Assembly: GCA_963719035.1 (NCBI GenBank)
Contig: CAVRAO010000006.1
Span: 155,851 to 219,850, forward strand
DNA from: Methanobacteriota archaeon
GTDB lineage: Archaea > Halobacteriota > Bog-38 > Methanoflorentales > Methanoflorentaceae
DNA: 64,000 nucleotides
Reading direction: 5' to 3'
In this document: positions 42,970 to 53,217 of the stretch, piece after piece
Position numbering within the stretch: the stretch's first letter is position 1
Layout of the letters: each line of letters begins with the position of its first letter
The notes under the pieces: model-generated
The model's database searches: none
Seen by the model: only the letters and a program-made list of their open reading frames with translations
Told to the model about the DNA's origin: nothing
Translations under genes and position numbers: made by a program

Positions 42970-43081
42970 GACGCCTAATTATAGCCGTTGTATTAATCTT
43001 GATTGTGGTAACTGGTTTGATTCTAACCGTGTGGCATCCTTTTTGATCTCGCTTCAATCAATGGAGAGAGAGTATAGCGTG
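42970..43081 (+). repeat. 112-bp direct repeat, left copy (partner at 62293-62404)
   Basis: Ungapped alignment by eye with 11 mismatches; encodes only the 3' TM half of the 62190 gene. Confidence 0.9.
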
Positions 43082-43239
43082 GGGGGTGAGTTCTTAGTCT
43101 TGCCACACACTGGGACTAAACCCGGGGTTGCGTAATTTTTAAGCAAACGGGCCGCTATGTCACGGGTTTGGCAATGGCAAAAGAATCAATTCTATTCAAC
43201 GACGAAAACCGTGATGCGCTATTGTCATTATTTCTTAGC

Positions 43240-43755
43240 TCAGTCGAACCAGAGTTCTATTACGTGTATTAGCTTATCCTCGCGTTGTATCACGTGAATC
43301 GTGCAGCTATCCGCTTTAAGTCGCTCCATCTCTATTTTATTCGGCTTCTTTAACGCCGTCGTGCCATTCGGAGGATACACGAAGATAGCGACGCCATACT
43401 CTCTACTAGGTAAAAAGTACGCGTCGGGATACATAGCGGTTAATAGCTGAAGCGTCTTAACGCCGTCAAATTCGTTATAACTCGGTACGACTTTGGGCAT
43501 AGTGACGCGCAGCTCCGACGCGCTATAGAGGGTATCGGAATACCAGATTAAAGCGCGTTGTTTAGCGTTTCGCTCCGGCCCGTCATAATCATATTCGTCG
43601 TCGTTATCGGTAAACGCTTCTTTAAACTGTGCTATGTCGTATTCACTAGGAGGCGGCGCTTTTACATTCGTTAAAGCCTCGTCGCGCATAGCGTGATACT
43701 CGTCTATAATGTCCATGTTACAATCGGCGGCTTCGCGTTCGGTTCCGCGTGTCAT
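43240..43755 (-). CDS. Hypothetical protein
   Basis: 171-aa acidic ORF with no recognised motif. Confidence 0.6.
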   Translation of the reverse strand: MTRGTEREAADCNMDIIDEYHAMRDEALTNVKAPPPSEYDIAQFKEAFTDNDDEYDYDGPERNAKQRALIWYSDTLYSASELRVTMPKVVPSYNEFDGVKTLQLLTAMYPDAYFLPSREYGVAIFVYPPNGTTALKKPNKIEMERLKADSCTIHVIQREDKLIHVIELWFD

Positions 43756-43898
43756 TATTCTTATCCCCTATACGCGCAACGTCTTAAGCGTTTTTAGAGG
43801 ATTCGCGCTCTAAGTCATCAATAAGCCGCGTATGCCTTAACATCGCCTTGCAAAAGGATAGCAATTGTTAAGCCAACGTTCGCCTCTTGGATAAGCGT

Positions 43899-44369
43899 AT
43901 GCAATTGAAACCGATAGCAGCGATAGCTGTTCTATTGCTCGCGCTTGCCTCTTTGTTAGTTGCAGGTTGCACAACAAACACGACGTCGACCCCAACACCG
44001 ACTGCCAAGGCAAATGTTACTGAAGCGCTGGCCGCAAAATACGAGGAAGAGAATTATACGGTTACTAAGGCGTTTTCACGCCAAACGGACGGCACATACA
44101 TAGGAGTCGTTCGCGAGAACAACAGCAGTACTCCAACCAATGTTACGTTTCTAACGTTCAACTCAGAAAGCGACGCACAATCAAACCGTGCTACTTTAGC
44201 AAGTGACTATAGATCTGAAGGGTATGATCTATTTCAAACTAATAACGATGTCACCGTTAGTAGATCTGTAGGGGTGTGTCGAGAACTCGTAATTATTGAC
44301 GTCGTAGAGCTTAGCGGCATCGGCTGGGGCGTCACGACAGAAAGCGCCATTTACTGCGATGGGACTTAG
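43899..44369 (+). CDS. Lipoprotein (MQLKPIAA...LLVAGC leader)
   Basis: Lipobox VAGC and T/P-rich linker. Confidence 0.8.
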   Translation: MQLKPIAAIAVLLLALASLLVAGCTTNTTSTPTPTAKANVTEALAAKYEEENYTVTKAFSRQTDGTYIGVVRENNSSTPTNVTFLTFNSESDAQSNRATLASDYRSEGYDLFQTNNDVTVSRSVGVCRELVIIDVVELSGIGWGVTTESAIYCDGT

Positions 44370-44526
44370 CTGCAACATTAACGCCGCAAGGGGAGCGGCA
44401 TTGCGTGTTTCTATAATCTATTCCGTCTGCTATCTCGTTTTTTCTTTTTTTGATTTCAAGCACGTAGCGGGTTCTGTTCACGACCAGACCAAAGTAGGTG
44501 GTAGTATTTCTCCACCCAAAAGAAGT

Positions 44527-45360
44527 CTACGTTTTCGCAAGCCCCACGCATTCGTAGCGCCTTTCTCCTACACCATAACTTTCTGCAAAAGCCAAATGAG
44601 GGATATTACTTATAGTTTTACCTGCCAGCTTTCCGTCGACTGTTCTCAAGAGTTCAAGACCTGCGCAGTCGATTGCCACGGGGTCGGTTCCCGCAAGTAC
44701 GTAACCGAGATGCGCTTTTCTGCCGCCGTGACGCAATTCTTGGGCATTAACAAGTGTTTCCGCCACATCAACTATGAAGATGTCGAACGGTTCGAGCGCC
44801 GCGGTTTCAGCGATGCTTTTGTGCAAATTCAAGCCGCTGGCGTGTAAGCGGGCGCGTTCTATAGGTTTAACCAATCCAAATTGGTTCTTCACGGCTCCTG
44901 TCAGCGTGCAAATGGCGTGCGTTTTCAGCACTGGCAGGGAGATTTTTAGATCGAATGATTGTGGAACCGTTGACAGAGAGAGTTTAAACCCACGGTCGCT
45001 TCGCCGTTTTTCAAAAGGACTCTTATTGAGATTGGTGAATGTAACGCCGCGCTCATCGCAAACACGCTTCAGCGGATGATTCGTAGTCACGCCTCGCGTC
45101 TTTCGATTGAAAAACGCGTTTAAGGGGGCATCAAACGCAGGCCCATCTCCTACCATTAGGGCGTGGTCTGAGAGAGACTCTAGGACCGTATCGAGAAGTT
45201 GTGGGTCGGTGGTGGTCGGGTACGGCTCTTTCGAAACAAGATTAGGTTTGATAAAAATTGACGTCGCCGAAGCGATCTTGTCGCTGAATTGATCGAGTGC
45301 CCTTGCCACAAGATCGTACTTCGTCGCTCCATCTGCCTTTTCTTTTATGACTCTCGACAT
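44527..45360 (-). CDS. DUF362 family protein
   Basis: IFIKPNLV, TTDP, ISLPVLKTH, LTGAVKNQFG and DPVAID motifs. Confidence 0.85.
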   Translation of the reverse strand: MSRVIKEKADGATKYDLVARALDQFSDKIASATSIFIKPNLVSKEPYPTTTDPQLLDTVLESLSDHALMVGDGPAFDAPLNAFFNRKTRGVTTNHPLKRVCDERGVTFTNLNKSPFEKRRSDRGFKLSLSTVPQSFDLKISLPVLKTHAICTLTGAVKNQFGLVKPIERARLHASGLNLHKSIAETAALEPFDIFIVDVAETLVNAQELRHGGRKAHLGYVLAGTDPVAIDCAGLELLRTVDGKLAGKTISNIPHLAFAESYGVGERRYECVGLAKT

Positions 45361-45761
45361 CTTCCCAAACTAAATTTGTCATTAACAATAAACTAACTTT
45401 TTGGTGGTCACTCTAGAAAAACTGGGGAAGAGTTTTGCAGCGAATATACTCTCTTTCTTAGACGGTGACTGACAAGGATACGATCACGGGTAACAAAACA
45501 AATGATGATTAGCAGCACAATCTTAGCGACATCTAAAGCGCCAAATGTATAAAGTCCCGCGCACAAGTACGGTTTTGCTATACGCTTAGCCAGGCGGTTA
45601 GGAGGCGCTCGGAATATGACGGCTATGATACCACAATATTATTTCTGTAAGCTCCACGAGCAAGGCATAAAGTGCGCCAAATATGACCAAATCGCCCCCG
45701 AAATATTGGTTAATCTAAGGAAGTGCACGTTCAAAAAAGAAACCGAACCGGACGGGAAACG

Positions 45762-45881
45762 ATGACAATAATAGAGAGCGTAGTAAAATACGGATTTATC
45801 TTCTTTATTGGCTCCGCCTTAACAGTGGGGGGCGTTTGCGGCCTTATGGCCATATTCGGTTTTATATTCGGCACGCTCTAA
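45762..45881 (+). CDS. Hydrophobic micro-protein (39 aa)
   Basis: MTIIESVVKYGFIFFIGSALTVGGVCGLMAIFGFIFGTL; manual translation only. Confidence 0.4.
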   Translation: MTIIESVVKYGFIFFIGSALTVGGVCGLMAIFGFIFGTL

Positions 45882-46216
45882 CTTCTAGATACGCCAACCA
45901 AACGCGCTGAAAAGCGAAGGTTTAGCTGGCTCCGTCAAATATTTTGGCTCTGGTGATTATTAGGCGTCGCTCACTCAGACGTCCTTTGATTTTGATCACG
46001 CCGTGTTCGCGGAGTTTATCTTCGGCTGCATGTTAGGAGTGAACAAGCGCCAACCAAGAACAAGGAGGGTCTCCGCGAAAGCATCGATTTACCGCTCGTT
46101 CGGCGCGCAAATCTTTCATCTATTGAACTCCAAAGGCGGAGATCAAAGTCACGCAACTACCTTCGAAAGGAAAACGTAGGCGTGCAGCAGAAAAGAGAGA
46201 AGCTTGCCTTCGTGAA

Positions 46217-46618
46217 ATGGCGATGCAAATGAAGACTGAAACCCTTCGTCAATCGGTTTTGCTTAAAGCAACTCCTCACGAGGTCTATGAGGCCTTGGTG
46301 GACTCCAAAAAGCACGCTGAGTTTACGCATTCACCGGCGGTTATACGTAGGGAGGTCGGAGCGGAGTTTAGTGCCTTCGACGGCTGGGCCTCTGGAACGA
46401 CCCTCGAACTAATCCCGGACAAGAAAATCGTGCAAAAATGGCGGGCCGCTGAATGGCCCGAAGGTCATTATTCTACGGTGACGTTTGAGCTGCAGGCCCA
46501 AGGCAAAGAGACCAAATTAGATTTCACGCAGAGCGATATCCCTGAAGATCTTTATGAAGAGCTCGAAGCTGGGTGGGTCGAATACTATTGGGATAACCTA
46601 GAAGCTTATTTTGGCTAA
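46217..46618 (+). CDS. SRPBCC/AHSA1-like domain protein
   Basis: EVYEAL, GAEFSAFDG, KIVQKWR and GWVEYYW motifs. Confidence 0.88.
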   Translation: MAMQMKTETLRQSVLLKATPHEVYEALVDSKKHAEFTHSPAVIRREVGAEFSAFDGWASGTTLELIPDKKIVQKWRAAEWPEGHYSTVTFELQAQGKETKLDFTQSDIPEDLYEELEAGWVEYYWDNLEAYFG

Positions 46619-46676
46619 TCGCTTCTTTAAAAAAAGGTAAAACCATGGTTCAACCAGAGAGAAGCACAATTGTCCG

Positions 46677-47132
46677 TTAAGAGAATGCGCCAGCTGCATT
46701 AGGTGCGTTCTCCAGTACTTGTTGCGTAATATCCCAATACTCGACAATCTTGTCATCACTGAAACGGAAAAGATGGACTTGCCTTAACCCTCCGTTTTTG
46801 GGATTAGAGCTCGAGAGTTGCGTATGCACTGCAACGAGGTCTCCATCGGCAAGAACGTTCCTCACGATAAGCTTGAAGTCAGCCGTCGACCCTTGTATTA
46901 TTCCTTCCGCTCCTTTTTTCTGCACGGCAATCATTGCATCGATCAATGCGTCCATGCCACCAATGATGTATGGGTTGTGAGTCTTACAGTCAGGGGTGAA
47001 GAAGCGCAGCCCCTCCTTTAGTCTTCCTACCCCGATCAAATTGAGGAATTCGACTGCGATGTCCTTGTGGATCTTATTTACACTATTTTCAGGAGTCTCA
47101 GAACGCTTTGAACCATCCATTTTTTTCACCAA
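46677..47132 (-). CDS. SnoaL/NTF2-like protein
   Basis: HNPY, ADGDLVAVH and LFRFSDDKIVEYWD motifs. Confidence 0.85.
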   Translation of the reverse strand: MVKKMDGSKRSETPENSVNKIHKDIAVEFLNLIGVGRLKEGLRFFTPDCKTHNPYIIGGMDALIDAMIAVQKKGAEGIIQGSTADFKLIVRNVLADGDLVAVHTQLSSSNPKNGGLRQVHLFRFSDDKIVEYWDITQQVLENAPNAAGAFS

Positions 47133-47232
47133 AAAGTTCAGGTAGTTTTTTTCTTAACCGCTGCAAGTCTTGAAGCAGCACGATCCATCCCTGATGAGAC
47201 AGAGCAGATAGACGGGACAGCTCTTAAAAAGA

Positions 47233-47335
47233 TTATTCGCTCTTTCTTGCAAAGAGCTTCAGATACGCCTCATAGCCCTCCTTCTCCAGGTCCTCCTTCG
47301 GGATGAACCGACGCGCCGCCGCGTTCAGTGATCCG
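47233..47335 (-). pseudogene. C-terminal remnant of methionine sulfoxide reductase B (MsrB/MsrAB type)
   Basis: LNAAARRFIPKEDLEKEGYEAYLKLF resembles the MsrB tail (NSAALRFIPxEDLEKEGY); catalytic part absent. Confidence 0.65.
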
Positions 47336-47515
47336 CACGGGACTTTATTATCTATAGGAGACTGGATAGGGTGTATTTTTTTAAGGAACTGTGATTCCAA
47401 GATATAGGGCTCTTTAACATATTGCACCTCAGATCTGATATTTCCATACACTCGCAAAGCTAAATAAGCGACTCCTAAAGCTTTTTACCGATCAGTTTGG
47501 GAATAGAGATGTAGA

Positions 47516-48868
47516 GTGGTTCCTTTGACAAAATTTCATAAAAAAATCCGAGCTAAGCCAGATGATATACTTGAAACCGGCGAGAGGGATGAGCTTTTGC
47601 CTGAACCCGAAGACTACGATCTTATTATTGTCGGAGCCGGGCCTTCCGGGCTTTATTGCGCCATAAACTCCATGCAGAATGGTAAAAAGATATTGATTCT
47701 CGAAAGAAAGAATTCCCCAGGGCATAAGCTCCTGATATCAGGCTTTGGCCGCTGCAATATAACACACGATGGAGATATTCAGGACTTTCTTGACCACTAT
47801 GGAAATCATGGCAGGTTCCTGCGCCCGGCTCTTCTCGGCTTCACGAACCTCGATCTCATTTCCTTCTTCAAAGACCTGGGGCTGGGCATGGTCCAAGAAA
47901 GGGAAGGTAGGATATTCCCGGACACTATGCAGGCAAGGGATGTGCTGGATATCTTGACCCTACAATGCCAGGAATTGGGGGTAGTCATCAAGTGCAGTCA
48001 GGCTGTCAAGTCCATAACCAGGAGGGAGGATGGTTTTTTTGTGGGCTGTGTTGGTGGCAGCTATCGCTCCAAGCTGTTGGTGATAGCCACAGGGGGATGC
48101 TCATATCCAGCCACCGGATCGAGCGGAGACGGCTACAGGTTTGCCGGCAATCTTGGCCACAGCATATCTGAGATCGGTCCGGCTCTAACCCCTATTTTCA
48201 TAAAGGAATATCCTTTCACTGAGCTAGCTGGTCTCTCGTTTTCGGATATGAAGATCTCGCTCTATCGCCATGCAAAAATCAAAGAACATCGGGGGGATAT
48301 TCTATTCACCCATAATGGACTCTCGGGCCCAGGAATTTTGGACCTATCCAGATATATCAGAGCAGAAGACGTAATTAAGCTCTCTTTTATGCCGGAGGAC
48401 AGACGAGAGGCACTGGAGGAATGGCTCGTGGAAAGGGCACGGCGCGATGGTGGAAGGAGCTTACGGTCTGTGCTGGCAAGTCTGCCTAACTTTGTGCCTC
48501 CTGGTGTGCCGCTCTCTCCCCGTTTGACAAAGCGGTTGTTGGAGATCTCGGGGATTGCCACTGACCTGCAAATGGCTCAATTGACCCGAAAGATGCGAAA
48601 TCGATTGATTGATAATCTGACAGGTCTACCTCTAGTCGTATCCGATGTTTGTGGCTTTAACCTGGCCATGTGCACCAGAGGTGGAGTGGAAACCGCTGAG
48701 GTCGATCCCAAAACCATGCAGTCCAGACTGGTCAAAGGACTTTATCTGGTGGGCGAGGTTTTGGATGTGGACGGGGATACGGGGGGCTATAATCTGCAAG
48801 CGGCATTTTCTACGGGAATGCTGGCTGCTAGGAGCATCAAGAGCGATTTTGACAGAATCAGCAGCTAA
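47516..48868 (+). CDS. HI0933/BaiN-family flavoprotein
   Basis: IVGAGPSG, KLLISGFGRCNIT, ATGGCSYPATGSSGDG, LFTHNGLSGP, TRGGV and DGDTGGYNLQAAF motifs. Confidence 0.92.
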   Translation: MVPLTKFHKKIRAKPDDILETGERDELLPEPEDYDLIIVGAGPSGLYCAINSMQNGKKILILERKNSPGHKLLISGFGRCNITHDGDIQDFLDHYGNHGRFLRPALLGFTNLDLISFFKDLGLGMVQEREGRIFPDTMQARDVLDILTLQCQELGVVIKCSQAVKSITRREDGFFVGCVGGSYRSKLLVIATGGCSYPATGSSGDGYRFAGNLGHSISEIGPALTPIFIKEYPFTELAGLSFSDMKISLYRHAKIKEHRGDILFTHNGLSGPGILDLSRYIRAEDVIKLSFMPEDRREALEEWLVERARRDGGRSLRSVLASLPNFVPPGVPLSPRLTKRLLEISGIATDLQMAQLTRKMRNRLIDNLTGLPLVVSDVCGFNLAMCTRGGVETAEVDPKTMQSRLVKGLYLVGEVLDVDGDTGGYNLQAAFSTGMLAARSIKSDFDRISS

Positions 48869-49126
48869 CAACGTGTTTCAGGTCATAGAAATCCCTTCGA
48901 GGGGAATAACAGTAAGATACGTTAGGCTTGTGATTGTAAGCCGCGTAAAGTGACCAGAATCCACTCAAAAGATACTTGTCAAATCCTGGAAAACTTACCT
49001 TTCGGGAACCCCAAGCTTGATTTAATTGGACTTATTGGGGCACGGTCACCTATTTTACCTAAGTCATCTATCCGTCATAGGAATTGTTAAGAGTGATATA
49101 AACATCGAGGGCATAGAAGGTTAAAA

Positions 49127-49396
49127 ATGGCATGCTGCCGTCCAAGTCAAACGCAGATAGCGAGCGATGGTGTTAAGGGAATAATCATATCGACAATAGA
49201 GGTTAACGGCGCGCCCGAAACCGTGCTTATTGATAAAAATACGATTTACGTCGTCGCTAAGTATAATACGCTCCGAGGGGCGTTATATGGACATACCTAT
49301 TTTTGCGATGCGGTCGCCAAATCCTACGTGATAAAAGACGCCTGGGACGATGAGATAACTCTCGTACCGCGCGACGAGAACGACCCCTATTATTGA
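49127..49396 (+). CDS. Hypothetical protein
   Basis: 89-aa ORF with ATG start and plausible composition. Confidence 0.5.
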   Translation: MACCRPSQTQIASDGVKGIIISTIEVNGAPETVLIDKNTIYVVAKYNTLRGALYGHTYFCDAVAKSYVIKDAWDDEITLVPRDENDPYY

Positions 49397-49431
49397 ACGA
49401 TTTTATATAGAGTCAATTTTTATTACAAAAT

Positions 49432-49617
49432 ATGAAGGGATTTTCTATTGATATCGAGGAAGCAACTCTGGAAAATGGTAATTTCCGCAAGGTACTCTAT
49501 ACTTCAAAGCACAGCCAGCTGGTAATTATGAACCTAAAGCCCGGAGAAGAAATTGGAATGGAAGTGCACGAGGAGAACGACCAGTTTTTCCGTTTCGAGA
49601 AAGTACATGGCAAGTGA
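49432..49617 (+). pseudogene. Truncated cupin-domain protein
   Basis: [23 protein letters not shown] and DQFFRFE motifs; C-terminal half missing. Confidence 0.75.
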
Positions 49618-49789
49618 CGTGAAGAAGCTCAAATCAGTGAAGACCGTTCAGGGAGGATCCGTCACGGTAGAGGTTCATCGCCTGTTTTACCGAGGCGTTA
49701 AGGTAGATGCTGCCCAAGTAATTCATCCCGACATCGAATGCACTAACGGTGTGATCCACGTAATCGATTCAGTATTGATGCCCAAGTGA
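49606..49789 (+). pseudogene. C-terminal fragment of a fasciclin-domain protein
   Basis: KTVQG...[18 protein letters not shown]; N-terminal half replaced by the cupin fragment. Confidence 0.75.
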
Positions 49790-50042
49790 TCTAGTTTGTG
49801 CCTCGGAACGACACAACTAACTAGGTGCCACACGTAAAATGGCTATCAATCGGGAGGGTCATCAGCACCCTCTTAGTTCTTTTTCTTAAAACGCTTGCAG
49901 AGGCGAGCTCGCTCGCTTTTTAAATCCTCTCCCCTTGAAATTAGTTTTCATTTTTGTTGAGGTATTTGGTGCGGTACGGATCTTGTTTGCCCAGCTTGTC
50001 ACCACCATCTGGATAAAACGAGTCAAAGTCAAATATTATATA

Positions 50043-50663
50043 ATGACGGTCTTATTACACCTAATGGATGCTCTCCTTCTCCCTTTAACGGCCGCGTGTT
50101 ACCTTTATGGGGCGATCCCTTTCAGCTACATGTTTACTTACCTTGCTTCTGGCAAACGAATCTATGAAGCGGGCAGCCGAAACATTGGGGTAGCAAATAC
50201 GTTCGTCGTTGGAGGCATGATTGCAGGCCTCCTCACCGTTTGCAGCGAGATATCAAAAGTTGTCGTCTGTATCGCTGCAGCCTATGTGCTTTTCGCAGGC
50301 AGCACTGATGTCGTGTTATTGCTGGTTTTTTCTGCGTTTGTAGGCACGCAGTTCTCAGTATTTTTGAAAGGCCGAGGGAGCGTGGGCAGTACTATGCAAG
50401 GATTCGCTCTGTTGATACTCTCGCCTCTCACAGCGATCGTTTTCTTCGTCACGATAGCGGTCGCATATTGGCTGCTTAAAATAAAACAAGGAGTCCCCAT
50501 AATCGCAGAAGCTATCTTGCCTGTTATTCTGCTTGTTACAGAGCAAACAGTCGGCTGGGTGCTTTTTGGCTTGGGCACCGCATTGCTCTTCTTGTTAAAA
50601 TATGCGATTAGACGGGACGACGTCGAATATTTACCGTGGAAGGGGGGACGTAATCGCGCTTGA
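50043..50663 (+). CDS. PlsY-like (DUF205) membrane acyltransferase family protein
   Basis: YLYGAIPFSY, GSRNIGVAN and FSVFLKGRG match PlsY motifs 1-2; several TMs; start may be 50043 or 50064. Confidence 0.8.
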   Translation: MTVLLHLMDALLLPLTAACYLYGAIPFSYMFTYLASGKRIYEAGSRNIGVANTFVVGGMIAGLLTVCSEISKVVVCIAAAYVLFAGSTDVVLLLVFSAFVGTQFSVFLKGRGSVGSTMQGFALLILSPLTAIVFFVTIAVAYWLLKIKQGVPIIAEAILPVILLVTEQTVGWVLFGLGTALLFLLKYAIRRDDVEYLPWKGGRNRA

Positions 50664-53008
50664 GACGAGCATATGTGAACGGGATTTCCCGCGCCGATGC
50701 TGCTCAGATAGGAGGCAAAGCGCTTAGTTTGCGCTATCTTAACGCCCACGGGTTCACAATCCCTCAAACGTTCGTGTGCGGCTTTGCAGCGTACGAACGA
50801 TATCGTGCGGGAGACGCCGATGTAATAGGAAAAGTCGCCGATGAGCTTGACGTGCTTATGAATGAGCGCACGTATGCCGTACGCTCTTCAGCGAACGTTG
50901 AGGACAGAGTGGACTATTCTTTTGCAGGCCAATTTAAAAGTTGCTTGAACGTGCGAGGCCTCAAGAGTCTTGTTGTGGCTATAGAAGCCGTCTGGCAGTC
51001 AACGTCGAGCAACAAGGTTAGGGCGTACGCGGAAAAAACGGGCGCACCCGTAAACGATCTTCGCATGGCAGTGATCATTCAAGAGATGATAGAACCACAA
51101 TTGTCCGGGGTGGTGTTTTCGAAGAATCCCTCGACAGGATTGGATGAAGTCATTGTGGAAACGGTTCAAGGCCTTGGAACACAGCTGGTCTCTCGCGGCA
51201 CCACCCCGGACACATGGGTCTATAAATGGGGACGATGGACGGAAGAACCCGCAGAACGAGAGGGCGATCTCCCTATCATCGAAGAGGTGGTGAAGGGGGC
51301 TAAAAAAGCCGAGCGCCGTTGTGGCGGCGCGGTCAATTTAGAGTGGGCATTTGATGGAGAGAGGCTCTACTGGCTACAGCTACGCAAGCTGACGACAATA
51401 GCAGGGGTGAACATCTACAGCAATAGGATCGCGAAGGAGTTTCTCCCCGGCATGATTAAGCCGCTTGTGTGGACAATAAACGTTCCGACGGTCAACAGCT
51501 CGTGGAAGCGGCTCTTCGTCGAGCTTATTGGTGACGCAGCGAGCGGCATCAATATTGACGAGTTAGCACACGCCTTTTATTACCGGGCTTACTTTAATAT
51601 GGGGGTAATCGGGGACCTTTTTGCACTCTTGGGGATGCCGCGTGAATTCATTGAGCTCCTGCTCGGCATTGACGTCCCCGGTGCCGACCCACCTCGGCCG
51701 AGACCTAGTTTTAAAATGATTAAGTATTTACCGCGGGCGCTTTTGTTTGCTGCCCGAAGGGTCAGAATCCTGAAAGACATGGATGCTTTTTTGGCGAGGC
51801 AGCGGACCGTATATGAACGCTTCGCGTCAGAACTTCGAAAGGAGCTAAGCGAGGGCGAGCTCATCGAGTATGTGAATAAGCTTCTGACTGCAAACAAGGA
51901 AGCTTCATACTTTGTCATCACCTCCCAGCTACTCCTAGGGCTTGTTGATGTGCTTGTGAAAAGACTTGTGCGCGGTCCAACATCGATCAATGCCCTTGAT
52001 TTTAAAGACGTGCGAGCAGAGCGGCAAGATATTGATCCGAGCTACCATCTCTCCCAATTGCACAACTGTTTTCTCACGTTGCCAAGCGAGACTCAAGAAA
52101 AAGTGAGAGAGATGACTTATGACGACCTCGCCCGTTCAAATGAGTTGCACGATTTTTTCGTACACCTGACGCAGTTTTTGAACACTTTTGGCCACGTCAG
52201 TGACAGCGGCAATGATTTCTCTCAAGTGAGTTGGAAGGAGAGTCCCGATCACATTATCAAGTTGATTACCGACTACGGGCCGCCCGAGCGAGTCGCTAAC
52301 GATGCGCCCCCTTTTATAGAGGAACCAGGCTTGCACGTTGCCAGGCGTACAGAACGTCTGCTATACGGGCAAGAGGCAAAGGTGAGGGTTTACAAAGAGC
52401 GAATTGGATTCCTTTATGCGTACGGGATTGGGCTGTTTCGCGATTATTTCTTGCAGCTTGGCAAAGTTCTTGCGAAGAAGGGGGTTTTTGAAGCCCCAGA
52501 TGACATTTTCTATCTCACCTTTGAAGAGGTTGAGCGCACCGTTTCGATGCGCATGACGCGAGAAGAGGGCCGCGGGTCCATCGCTGAGCGGAAGGCGGAA
52601 ATGGCGAAGTACGCTGACGTGATGCTGCCTGAAGTGATAATCGGAGAAGAAGCCCCTCCCCTGGAGCAAGAGAGGGTACTTCACCGGTTGAAAGGAGTGG
52701 CCGCCTCTGCTGGCTACTATCAGGGGCGGGTAACGACGGTGAGCGGGGTGCAGGACTTTCAAAAAATTCAAGACGGCGACGTTTTAGTGATCCCGTATTC
52801 GGATGTTGGGTGGACTCCTCTATTCGTGCACGCGGGGGCAGTGGTATCAGGCGCAGGTGGTATGCTTTCTCATGCGGCCATCGTTGCGCGCGAGTATCGC
52901 ATGCCAGCTGTCGTATCACTTCGAGGCATTAGTAACCTTGCCGACGGGACGACGGTTGCGGTCGACGGCTTCAAAGGAGAGGTCTCGATTATCCCAACTC
53001 AGACGTAG
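50660..53008 (+). CDS. PEP-utilizing dikinase family protein (PPDK_N + central domain + phospho-His domain; RPH/PigC-like architecture)
   Basis: IGGKA, AVRSSANVED, SFAGQF, QEMI, EWA...LQLR and GGMLSHAAIVAREY motifs; no pyruvate-binding barrel; TTGA overlap with the upstream gene. Confidence 0.88.
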   Translation: MRRAYVNGISRADAAQIGGKALSLRYLNAHGFTIPQTFVCGFAAYERYRAGDADVIGKVADELDVLMNERTYAVRSSANVEDRVDYSFAGQFKSCLNVRGLKSLVVAIEAVWQSTSSNKVRAYAEKTGAPVNDLRMAVIIQEMIEPQLSGVVFSKNPSTGLDEVIVETVQGLGTQLVSRGTTPDTWVYKWGRWTEEPAEREGDLPIIEEVVKGAKKAERRCGGAVNLEWAFDGERLYWLQLRKLTTIAGVNIYSNRIAKEFLPGMIKPLVWTINVPTVNSSWKRLFVELIGDAASGINIDELAHAFYYRAYFNMGVIGDLFALLGMPREFIELLLGIDVPGADPPRPRPSFKMIKYLPRALLFAARRVRILKDMDAFLARQRTVYERFASELRKELSEGELIEYVNKLLTANKEASYFVITSQLLLGLVDVLVKRLVRGPTSINALDFKDVRAERQDIDPSYHLSQLHNCFLTLPSETQEKVREMTYDDLARSNELHDFFVHLTQFLNTFGHVSDSGNDFSQVSWKESPDHIIKLITDYGPPERVANDAPPFIEEPGLHVARRTERLLYGQEAKVRVYKERIGFLYAYGIGLFRDYFLQLGKVLAKKGVFEAPDDIFYLTFEEVERTVSMRMTREEGRGSIAERKAEMAKYADVMLPEVIIGEEAPPLEQERVLHRLKGVAASAGYYQGRVTTVSGVQDFQKIQDGDVLVIPYSDVGWTPLFVHAGAVVSGAGGMLSHAAIVAREYRMPAVVSLRGISNLADGTTVAVDGFKGEVSIIPTQT

Positions 53009-53107
53009 AGCTGGTCGTCTGTAGGCTACTTTGCTCTTACATTTTTCTTTCTCGTCGCTCGCTTTTGAAATCCTCTTCTTGAAACTGATCGCCACAGCGT
53101 GGAGCGC

Positions 53108-53217
53108 AGGCCCCTGTTTTTAGTCGCGCGCGGCTAATCAGAATGCTTCAGTCCCCAGCGCGGACCTCCTTCACCACTATGTCAGCTACTGATCGTCACC
53201 CAGTCCTTTTTGCTGAC
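53108..53217 (+). repeat. 110-bp exact direct repeat, copy 1 (copy 2 at 54004-54113)
   Basis: AGGCCCCTG...TTTTGCTGAC is identical in both copies. Confidence 0.95.
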
